Shown piece after piece: positions 27,481-35,156 of a stretch of 36,495 nucleotides of DNA. Under the pieces are notes generated by a model. It saw nothing but the letters and a program-made list of their open reading frames with translations, was not told the origin of the DNA and did no database searches. How positions within the stretch are numbered: position 1 is the stretch's first letter; every line of letters starts with the position of its first letter. The position numbers and the translations under genes were made by a program. The DNA comes from Fibrobacterales bacterium (GTDB lineage Bacteria > Fibrobacterota > Fibrobacteria > Fibrobacterales > JAOPTW01): NCBI GenBank assembly GCA_051532035.1, contig JAOPTW010000030.1, positions 1 to 36,495 of the forward strand. The letters are read 5' to 3'.

Positions 27481-28677
27481 ATGGCAACCTGGATATATAA
27501 AGCAGTAAACTCACAAGGTAAAGAGATTTCTGGCGAATTCGAAGCAGTCAATAAAACGGCTGCACAATCTTTGATACGTAAAAAACGCCTTCGGGTAAAC
27601 TCTTTAAAAAAGAAGCCTATTGAGTTTAATATTACTATTGGAACCGGTGTTAAAAAAGAGGATGTTGCTCGTTTTACACGGCAATTCTCTGCTATGACAT
27701 CGGCTGGGCTCCCTCTTATCCAGTGTCTTGATATTTTAACCGAACAATCTGAGAATGCCTTTTTAAAAGAGATTCTTAAAAAGGTGACCGGGAGAATTCA
27801 AGGCGGCTCAACCTTAGCAGATGCTCTTTCGCAGCACCCGAAAATTTTTAATGACCTTTACTGTAATATGGTTGCTGCCGGTGAAGCTGGGGGTATTCTC
27901 GATATTATTTTAAAACGGCTTGCTGATTATCAAGAATCTGCTGAACGGTTGAAACGGAAGATAAAAGGAGCCATGACCTATCCCGCTATTGTCACATTTG
28001 TTGCTGTAGGGGTTATCTTTATAATGCTTTGGAAGGTAGTACCTATATTTGCTGGAATGTATGCAGGATCGGGAAAAGAACTTCCGATGCCTACCCAAAT
28101 AGTAATGGGGGTAAGTGATTTTGTGCAAAGTAACGCGCTTTTTATTCTCGGAGCAGCAGTAGCCCTGATGGTGGCACTTGTTCGTTATTATAAAACTGAT
28201 AATGGGCGGTATTTGATTGATAACCTTAAACTCAATGCACCGGTGTTGGGTAACTTAGAGAGAAAATCAGCTATTGCTCGTTTCACTCGAACATTAGGGA
28301 CGCTTCTTAATTGTGGGGTTTCAATTATCGATGCACTCAAAGTAACGTCAAAAACTTCGGGCAATAGAGTGCTTGAGCTTGGGGTGAATCGCACATTAGA
28401 ATCTATATCTGGTGGTAATACGATTGCAGACCCTCTTCGCGATACGGGTATTTTTCCCCCAATGGTTATACAGATGATTAGTGTGGGTGAAAAAACAGGA
28501 GGGCTACCTGATATGCTTACAAAAGTCTCAGATTTCTACGATGAAGAGGTCGATGCAGCAGTTGAAAACCTAACGTCTATGATTGAACCAATTATTATTG
28601 TGGTAATGGGCTTGGCTATTGGGTTTATTATGATTGCAATGTATATGCCGATGTTTAGTATGGCCGATACTATGTAA
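27481..28677 (+). CDS. pilC: Type IV pilus platform protein (T2SS F family)
   Basis: FTRQFSAM..AGLPL, AGEAGGIL, AMTYP, FPPMVIQMISVGEKTG, IEP. Confidence 0.93.
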   Translation: MATWIYKAVNSQGKEISGEFEAVNKTAAQSLIRKKRLRVNSLKKKPIEFNITIGTGVKKEDVARFTRQFSAMTSAGLPLIQCLDILTEQSENAFLKEILKKVTGRIQGGSTLADALSQHPKIFNDLYCNMVAAGEAGGILDIILKRLADYQESAERLKRKIKGAMTYPAIVTFVAVGVIFIMLWKVVPIFAGMYAGSGKELPMPTQIVMGVSDFVQSNALFILGAAVALMVALVRYYKTDNGRYLIDNLKLNAPVLGNLERKSAIARFTRTLGTLLNCGVSIIDALKVTSKTSGNRVLELGVNRTLESISGGNTIADPLRDTGIFPPMVIQMISVGEKTGGLPDMLTKVSDFYDEEVDAAVENLTSMIEPIIIVVMGLAIGFIMIAMYMPMFSMADTM

Positions 28678-28802
28678 TGAATGAAATTGGGCAATTTGAG
28701 CGGTTTTGTGGTTTAAATGCACAACTAAGAGCTCAAATTGTATATTAATTGTAAAGAAATTGAAAATTTTTAACTGGTTAGCGTAATAGTTAAAGAAATA
28801 GT

Positions 28803-28829
28803 TAAAGTAAACCTTAAATATGTCGATTA
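28803..28829 (+). promoter_or_regulatory. Sigma-28 (FliA)-type promoter of flgM
   Basis: TAAA-N15-GTCGATTA versus consensus TAAA-N15-GCCGATAA, just upstream of the AAGGAGG RBS. Confidence 0.7.
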
Positions 28830-28851
28830 AATAGATAAGGAGGAAAGCCTT

Positions 28852-29169
28852 ATGAGAATCACAGATGTGGCAATACAAACAGGAGGAGTCGAGTCGCTTA
28901 AAAAAGTGGCCGGTGCAAAACCTGTAGACAAGCCTAATCAAGCTAAAGCTAAAAGTGATTCTGTAACAATTTCTGATAATGCTAAAAAACTCTCAACCGA
29001 GGACTCAGAAGTCCTTAATGCAAAAGCACGTGTCAAAGCAACCCCTGAGGTTCGTCAAGATCGTATTGATGCAGTAAAAGAGAGAATTGCAAGCGGGTAT
29101 TATGATTCAGAAGAGTTCCAGGATAAACTAGCTGACCGTTTGATGAACGAGTTTGGTATTAAAGAGTAA
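28852..29169 (+). CDS. flgM: Flagellar anti-sigma-28 factor
   Basis: DSVTISDNAK and PEVRQDRIDAVKERIASGYY...LADRL. Confidence 0.9.
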   Translation: MRITDVAIQTGGVESLKKVAGAKPVDKPNQAKAKSDSVTISDNAKKLSTEDSEVLNAKARVKATPEVRQDRIDAVKERIASGYYDSEEFQDKLADRLMNEFGIKE

Positions 29170-29185
29170 GTTGAGTATCACAACA

Positions 29186-30058
29186 ATGGTGGTTAACTCG
29201 ATTTACTCTTTTATAAGTGGTACAATTAAACGCACAAATTGTGGTGTTTTTTGCTGTTTACTGCTTGTTTTAGGCGGAACTACAGCGGTTCAGGCTAAAA
29301 ACCTCTTTTTTATACATTCAGACTCTCTCTTTGCTTTTGATCACTATACAACGACTAAGGTAGTACAGGGTAAAAAGACTACGGTACGGTATTCAGTATC
29401 CACTTCAATTATCGATTTTGATGCAGAGTATGGCCAACTCTCTCCTTTTCTAAAAAAAACCGAAACATATGCGCAGCTCTTTAAAGCTAAAGTGCTCCGC
29501 TATTCACTTTTTGAAAACTTTACTCTTGATGGTATTGATTATCTGGAGCAATCTACAGGATATTGTTATCTTGATTCATCACGTATAGAGCTTATTCGCC
29601 AGGTTACATTGCGGAGTGATAATCTATCTAATGAATTTTATGATTTGAACAAAAATGATTCCATTCCACAATTGTATGTTAAGAATTATTTAAATAGAGA
29701 TACAACCCATTCCTTGCTCTATAAAGAGCTTTTTACTGAAGAAGCTCTCTTTTGGATTGTCAGATATATGGCAGAGTTGAAATTAAGTAGTAAAAAATTG
29801 TACTTATTAGACCCTTTAGTCCATGGACTCTTTTCAGAAAAAGTATATTTCACTACAATAGAGTTTGAGGATGAGTACTATCGCCTTCAAGGGATTCGTA
29901 CTCAAAAAGTTGTTGTAACTCGAGAAGATGGTAAAAAGGCTGAGTTTTGGGTTTCTCTTGAAGCATCGAAACGTATAGTTAAAGCCCATGATTTTCGAGG
30001 CCGATGGTTTGACCTTAAAAAAAGTTTCGTACGCCCATTACAGAAATGGCCATTTTAA
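29186..30058 (+). CDS. Hypothetical exported beta-rich protein
   Basis: Long ORF with signal-like LLLVLGGTTAVQA|K. Start uncertain. Confidence 0.65.
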   Translation: MVVNSIYSFISGTIKRTNCGVFCCLLLVLGGTTAVQAKNLFFIHSDSLFAFDHYTTTKVVQGKKTTVRYSVSTSIIDFDAEYGQLSPFLKKTETYAQLFKAKVLRYSLFENFTLDGIDYLEQSTGYCYLDSSRIELIRQVTLRSDNLSNEFYDLNKNDSIPQLYVKNYLNRDTTHSLLYKELFTEEALFWIVRYMAELKLSSKKLYLLDPLVHGLFSEKVYFTTIEFEDEYYRLQGIRTQKVVVTREDGKKAEFWVSLEASKRIVKAHDFRGRWFDLKKSFVRPLQKWPF

Positions 30059-30070
30059 AAGGGGTTAATT

Positions 30071-31252
30071 ATTTCTGATTATTATCAAAGATCGCTTGCT
30101 GTGCACAAAGAGATGCGCGGCAAAATTACTATGGATTCTAAACTTCCTGTAGAGAATGCTGATGACCTTTCAATTGCTTACACTCCTGGTGTGGCAGAGC
30201 CATGTCGACAGATTGCTAAAGACCCGTCTCTCGCGCGAACACTTACTTGTAAAGGGAACTCTGTCGCTATTGTTTCGGATGGGACGGCTGTTCTTGGATT
30301 AGGTAATATAGGCCCGGAAGCTGCACTTCCAGTCATGGAAGGTAAGGCTCTTCTTATGAAAAAGTTTGCAGATATTGATGCGTGGCCACTGTGCCTTAAT
30401 ACTACAGATCCCGATGAAATTATTGCTATATGCAAAGCTATAGCTCCAACATTTGGTGGAATTAACCTCGAAGATATTGCTGCACCAAACTGTTTTAAGA
30501 TTGAAGATGCCCTTCAAGATATTGGTATACCGGTTTTTCATGATGATCAGCATGGTACTGCTATTGTAGTGTTAGCTGGATTAATTAATGCATCAAAAGT
30601 TACCGGCAAAAAGCTGGGTGACATGAAAGCAGTTATTGTAGGAGCAGGAGCAGCGGGTACCGCAATTGCTAAGCTTCTTCTTTGTAGTGATTTTGAAGAC
30701 AAAACAGGACTTGAGCCTCTGAAAGATGTGGTCGTCTGTGACTCCAAAGGAGTTATAGCTGAGTGTCGCAATGATTTAAATAGTGCAAAAATTGAACTCC
30801 TCGAGTTAACCAATCAAGGGAATTTTTGTGGATCTATGATAGAGGCGTTGGGTGAAGCAGATATCTTTATTGGGGTGAGTAAGCCAAACTTACTCACACT
30901 CGAGAATATTGTCTCTATGAAAAAAGACCCAATTATTTTCGCTATGTCTAATCCTGTACCAGAGATTATGCCTGACCTTGCGAAAGCGGGTGGTGCAGTA
31001 GTCGTTGGTACTGGTCGTTCTGACTTTCCTAATCAGGTCAATAATGTTCTTGCATTTCCTGGAATCTTTAGGGGAGCTCTTGATGCGCAAGCAACGCGTA
31101 TTACTCCAAGAATGAAGATTGAGGCAGCGTATGCAATTGCAGCCTGTGTAACAGACCCTACCGCTGATAAAGTACTACCGGGGCCTTTTGATCCAGGTGT
31201 TGCAGAGGCAGTTGCCGAAGCGGTTAAAAAGTGTGCACTTGAAGGCAAGTAA
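30071..31252 (+). CDS. NAD(P)-dependent malic enzyme (short bacterial type)
   Basis: AYTPGVAEPC, DGTAVLGLGNIG, NLEDI, FHDDQHGTA, GAGAAG, TGRSDFPNQVNN. Start inferred at ATT 30071, while the track starts at GTG 30101. Confidence 0.95.
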   Translation: MSDYYQRSLAVHKEMRGKITMDSKLPVENADDLSIAYTPGVAEPCRQIAKDPSLARTLTCKGNSVAIVSDGTAVLGLGNIGPEAALPVMEGKALLMKKFADIDAWPLCLNTTDPDEIIAICKAIAPTFGGINLEDIAAPNCFKIEDALQDIGIPVFHDDQHGTAIVVLAGLINASKVTGKKLGDMKAVIVGAGAAGTAIAKLLLCSDFEDKTGLEPLKDVVVCDSKGVIAECRNDLNSAKIELLELTNQGNFCGSMIEALGEADIFIGVSKPNLLTLENIVSMKKDPIIFAMSNPVPEIMPDLAKAGGAVVVGTGRSDFPNQVNNVLAFPGIFRGALDAQATRITPRMKIEAAYAIAACVTDPTADKVLPGPFDPGVAEAVAEAVKKCALEGK

Positions 31253-31270
31253 ACGCTTACGATAGTCAAG

Positions 31271-31325
31271 AATTCTACACATAAAAAAAGGGGACCTATA
31301 GGTCCCTTTTTTTATGTGTAGAATT
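31271..31325. terminator. Bidirectional terminator, long inverted repeat
   Basis: aattctacacat-A7-ggggacc-tata-ggtccc-T7-atgtgtagaatt. Confidence 0.88.
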
Positions 31326-31370
31326 TTAATAATAGCTTTTGTCGGTGAATGAGCGGTTCCGGTTGGGTTA

Positions 31371-31598
31371 TTATAATAGATCAATAGTTTTGCAGGGTGC
31401 AGAACAACGACGAGCGATACCACAATCGCAGCGACTAGGGAATTGGTCTGAGTGATAATTCTCAAAGGTGTAGACATTGGGGGTGAAATTTTGTTGATAC
31501 GTAATGATAGGTTTTTGTTCACTGGAGTTTACGGAGAGTGCTGCAACGCCTAATAGTATCGCAGTGGTAATAATCTGATTTGACCAATGAATATTCAT
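31371..31598 (-). CDS. Small putative secreted protein with Cys-rich C-terminus
   Basis: 75 aa, hydrophobic leader, CDC-x5-C-x3-C tail. Ends just before the terminator. Confidence 0.45.
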   Translation of the reverse strand: MNIHWSNQIITTAILLGVAALSVNSSEQKPIITYQQNFTPNVYTFENYHSDQFPSRCDCGIARRCSAPCKTIDLL

Positions 31599-31800
31599 AA
31601 CAACAACCTTCTCATTAGATGATATAGTATGAGTATACCGAAAATACATGAGGAATTACAGTACTCTAGTAGTGCCTTTGTATTGGTATATGATTTTTAG
31701 TATGTGGAGTCAAAACGGACGAGAATGATCACTTTTCAAAAGAGAGTATGTTAGAGCTTTCAACTGTGTTTGAGGAGTTGTAGATAGGGGGTTGTTTGTG

Positions 31801-32595
31801 CTATTCTGAAAGCTCGGGAAACTGTTCAACAATCACTTTTTTATACTGCTTTGCTTCATCAATAAAATAGGATCCCGATGAAGGGAAGTCAGAAATAAGT
31901 GCGTTGAGAAGTGTGACCAGTAGGGTGGCTTCTCCATCATTGAGGGCAGTAAAGAATTTGTCTATTGTCTTGAGCTTTCCAGCCAGAGTAGTGTGCTTTG
32001 GAGGTTTATCAAGTACGGGGAGTTCTAAGTTTTCGTGCATAAACTGATAGATGGTTAAGAGTTGTGGTCTGTTTGCACTCAACTCCGGTTGGTAATAGAA
32101 GTCGATCCACCCTTCGAGGTTGAGGCTCATCATAAAATAGGGCTCACTATAGTCGATATGGGCTTTGTCTGCAAGCTCCCGTATCACTGTGAGCATACCA
32201 TCTAATTTTTCGTTGGTGAGGTGTTTATGGATGTCGGGATTACGGTCGCAAAAAACCATCTCTTTGGACTCAAATACTCTGAGGGCATCATGGCCATGAA
32301 GCCGACAGGCGAGGGCGCGTCCAGGATAAATTTCGCAGCGACCATGATCCATGTTTTGAAAACGGCAGTGGCTGTTACCCACATAGATGGTGTGTTCAAT
32401 GCGTGGTTTAAGGATGTAGTTGCGGAGTCCTTCTTCACCAAAGATCTCTGTGCCATGCAGCATCATGTTAATAAATTCAACTAAGGTCATGGTGGGGCAG
32501 ACGCAACAATCCCCCCAGCAGCCGGTACAGTCGAGACTGGGGACAGAGTCGAGGAGGTTTGTGAGGGTCGGCTGAATATGTTTTTTGAAAATCAT
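31801..32595 (-). CDS. YkgJ/FliB-like cysteine-cluster (Fe-S or Zn) protein
   Basis: CTGCWGDCC...CRF......CEIYPGRALACR. Confidence 0.8.
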   Translation of the reverse strand: MIFKKHIQPTLTNLLDSVPSLDCTGCWGDCCVCPTMTLVEFINMMLHGTEIFGEEGLRNYILKPRIEHTIYVGNSHCRFQNMDHGRCEIYPGRALACRLHGHDALRVFESKEMVFCDRNPDIHKHLTNEKLDGMLTVIRELADKAHIDYSEPYFMMSLNLEGWIDFYYQPELSANRPQLLTIYQFMHENLELPVLDKPPKHTTLAGKLKTIDKFFTALNDGEATLLVTLLNALISDFPSSGSYFIDEAKQYKKVIVEQFPELSE

Positions 32596-32758
32596 GAACA
32601 GGTAGAGAAAAGGGTATAGGTGAAAGGTAATTTATAGTGGGAAAGTCGTGTGGATTTTAGCGTAGTGTATGAAATGAAGATAGTTGGTGGGGCCATATAT
32701 TTTTCAATGCGATATAGTGAAGTCAATGTCTTGCCTTAAGTAGAAACGTGTTTTAAAG

Positions 32759-33156
32759 GTAACCGTCCGACTAACCGCATAGTTCCATCAAAATATTCAT
32801 AACGTATCTTGTCTCTACATTTTTAAAACAAGGCAAGTAAGCCATGAGATTAAAGGAATTTGAGCAATTACATATAAAACAGCAAAAAAGCACTCTCACA
32901 CAAGCTGATTTCTGCAGAAAGCATGGGGTAGCTCTGGCAACATTCGGATACTGGAAAAAGAAATATCTGACCAGTAATACAAAAGTAATGGCCAGGCCCT
33001 TTGTTGATATTACACCAGTACAATCACTAATGTCTGAATCATTTGAGTACAGATTTACCAATGGAGCCAGTCTAAAAATCCCCCAGCAATTTGATCAAAA
33101 CTCTTTGTATAAAATTTTGCAAGTACTGGAGAGGTAATGTTATCACTCTCATCAAA
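32759..33156 (+). mobile_element. IS66-family element A, left part (IRL, tnpA, first 20 nt of tnpB), interrupted
   Basis: Begins GTAACCGTCCG. The tnpA stop overlaps ATG (TAATG) of MLSLSS, which is cut at 33156. Confidence 0.8.
32844..33137 (+). CDS. tnpA: IS66 accessory protein TnpA
   Basis: STLTQADFCRKHGVALATFGYWKKK HTH, FVDI, FTNGASLKI. Confidence 0.85.
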   Translation: MRLKEFEQLHIKQQKSTLTQADFCRKHGVALATFGYWKKKYLTSNTKVMARPFVDITPVQSLMSESFEYRFTNGASLKIPQQFDQNSLYKILQVLER

Positions 33157-33193
33157 GTAACCGTCCGGTCTAGTACACCTATGAATAATCTAG

Positions 33194-34685
33194 TTATTTC
33201 TTAAAATGTACTTTCCACAGATCTGGAAGTAAATGATGGAGATTCTCTTTTGGATACTCCCCAATTCGATTGATAACATCATTCAGGTATTCGTAAGGCT
33301 CAACATCATGCAATTTACATGTTCCGATTAAAGAAAATATAAGTGCTGATCTACGTGCGCCTTCTTAGGATCTTGCCTACCGCTATTTGTCGAATTGAAC
33401 GTTCAACAATATTATTGTCTATATCAAATATTGGGTTTATAGCATACTGCACAAAATGTTGAAAATGATTTTTTAGGTAGCCGATAGCTTCAGCTAAAAG
33501 ACCCTTCTTTAGGAGATGTGAGCCGGCTTTTTCTTCAATCCACTGCTGAATCAATTGTAGCTGTGATCCCGCATTTTCAACTCGATACTTAAATTTATCT
33601 TCACCAGACAAATCATTTTCTCGAATATGCTTTTCAATTTTATAGAGCTTAGCTATTAACACAGCCATCTCTTCAGCAATTCTACTGCCTGCCTCAGCTG
33701 CCTTGACAAACTTTCGTCTAGCATGAGTCCAACATCCGGCACGAGTTAGTTGTTTTAGTCCAACCACTTCATTATAACCGGCATATTCGTCTGCCTGGAT
33801 ATATTAGCCTTGGAAATTACCTAAAAAGTCGGTGGGACCACTTCGTGATCTACCACTGCGATAATCAAAATAGAGATATTTTTTATCTCCGATGTATGCC
33901 CAATAATAGCCCTGATGGCATTTTTTCTTTTTTCCTCTATCCTGTACTTTAATTGTTGTATCATCCGCATTTATTACGGTGCAATCCATTATTGCTTCAT
34001 GCAACCGTTGATATAGCGGAGTTAAAAGGTCGTAAGTACGAGTGAGATAATCAACCATTGTTGAGTTTGGTATTCTCACATTTTGTCTCTTGAAAATGTT
34101 CTCGATGCGCTCAAGAGGTAAATGATCGCAATATTTTGAAACAAAGATATATGACAATAGTGATGCGCCAACTCTTCCTGGAACAGGACGATTAGGCAAG
34201 TGCATAATTTGTACTCCGCGCTCTGCTTCTGTTACACAAGCATATTTAGGACGAACTATTCTATGTACATAACATGTCGCTGAATTATATTCTAACGTCT
34301 CGCTAACTTCTTCGCCAATTTTTTTGAGGCCACAACCACAAGGGCAGACCCTCTCACTCTTAGGAATATCACGATACTCTTCTTTTCTTTCGAGATGTTC
34401 AGGAAATGGTTGGCGCTCTTGGCCGCTTGATCTTTTTTTACGGCCATACGTAACTATCTCTGTTTCAGCATCGACATCACTTTCTTCCTTAAGAAGTAAT
34501 GGATCATCAAAGAGGTCAATGTCATACTCAGTCTTTGTCGGAGTACCTTTTTCTGATTTTTGACCAAAGTATTGTTTTTGTAGCCATGAGAGCTGTTCTT
34601 TCAAACGTTCATTTTCAGCAAGAACAGCATTATGCTCTTCAGCAGAATATGTTTCTTTAGCCGTGGTTTGATTTACTTCTCTCAT
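33194..34685 (-). pseudogene. tnpC: IS66 transposase TnpC, inactivated
   Basis: In-frame TAA at 33804-33806 (FQG*YIQAD). A frameshift near 33365-33375 removes the expected KNWLFA-like segment. The C-terminus EGARRSALIFSLIGTCKLHDVEPYEYL...LLPDLWK lies in another frame and stops at 33194. Confidence 0.9.
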
Positions 34686-34705
34686 GCACCAAAAGATAAA
34701 AAGTA

Positions 34706-35065
34706 TTATTCTCTCTGTAACCCAAAACGCTTATGTTGAGAGCTATTTTGCAACTCAATCCCTTTTAGAATAAGGAGTAGATCAGATGACTCAAACTCTT
34801 GAGAGTTCACTTCATCAGTATCAAATACTGGTAGATGAAAAGTGCCTTCTTCAAGACGCTTGTAGTAAATTGAGAAACCCGATTTGTCCCACAACAAAAC
34901 TTTGACCATTGATTTCGTTTTATTGAAGAATACGAATAAGTCGCCAGACGTTACATTTTTCATCATGAGCTCACTCACCATTGAGGCGAGACTATTGAAG
35001 GATTTTCTCATGTCCGTTGGACTCGTACAGATGTGTACTTTGGTCATTGGATTAAGGCTAAGCAT
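34706..35065 (-). CDS. tnpB: IS66 accessory protein TnpB
   Basis: PTDMRKSFNSL, GDLFVFFNK, KVLLWDKSGF..YYKRLEEGTF. Confidence 0.93.
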   Translation of the reverse strand: MLSLNPMTKVHICTSPTDMRKSFNSLASMVSELMMKNVTSGDLFVFFNKTKSMVKVLLWDKSGFSIYYKRLEEGTFHLPVFDTDEVNSQEFESSDLLLILKGIELQNSSQHKRFGLQRE

Positions 35066-35156
35066 TGGGGACCTGCATTAGCTTTGCAATGAGCTCAATT
35101 TGAGTGTCAGAGTCGACTCTAGCCTGAATGCCATTGGGGAGTTTAATTTCAAGTGA
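35058..35156 (-). pseudogene. tnpA: 3' fragment of IS66 TnpA
   Basis: Reads SLEIKLPNGIQARVDSDTQIELIAKLMQVPNA*, overlapping the tnpB start and truncated at the IS21 end. Confidence 0.75.

Larger units (their letters stand above)
33157..35156 (-). mobile_element. IS66-family element B (inverted, decayed), interrupted in tnpA by IS21
   Basis: Right end GTAACCGTCCGG at 33157, tnpC pseudogene, tnpB, 3' part of tnpA. Confidence 0.88.

Noticed and set aside
29153..31252. In-frame fusion of the hypothetical exported protein with malic enzyme by TAA readthrough
   Set aside because: An SD immediately follows the stop, and fusing an exported protein to a cytoplasmic enzyme is implausible.
32759..33167. 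GTAACCGTCCG twice, as a target duplication or MITE boundary
   Set aside because: The copies are in direct orientation and are better explained as the left end of one IS66 and the right end of a second, inverted IS66.
33351..33806. TnpC split as programmed readthrough or frameshift
   Set aside because: There are several independent lesions (TAA, a deletion removing conserved residues, another TAA) and no slippery site, which indicates decay.
34706..35065. TnpB as an RNA-guided nuclease
   Set aside because: This is the 119-aa IS66 accessory TnpB, unrelated to the IS200/IS605 RuvC TnpB.
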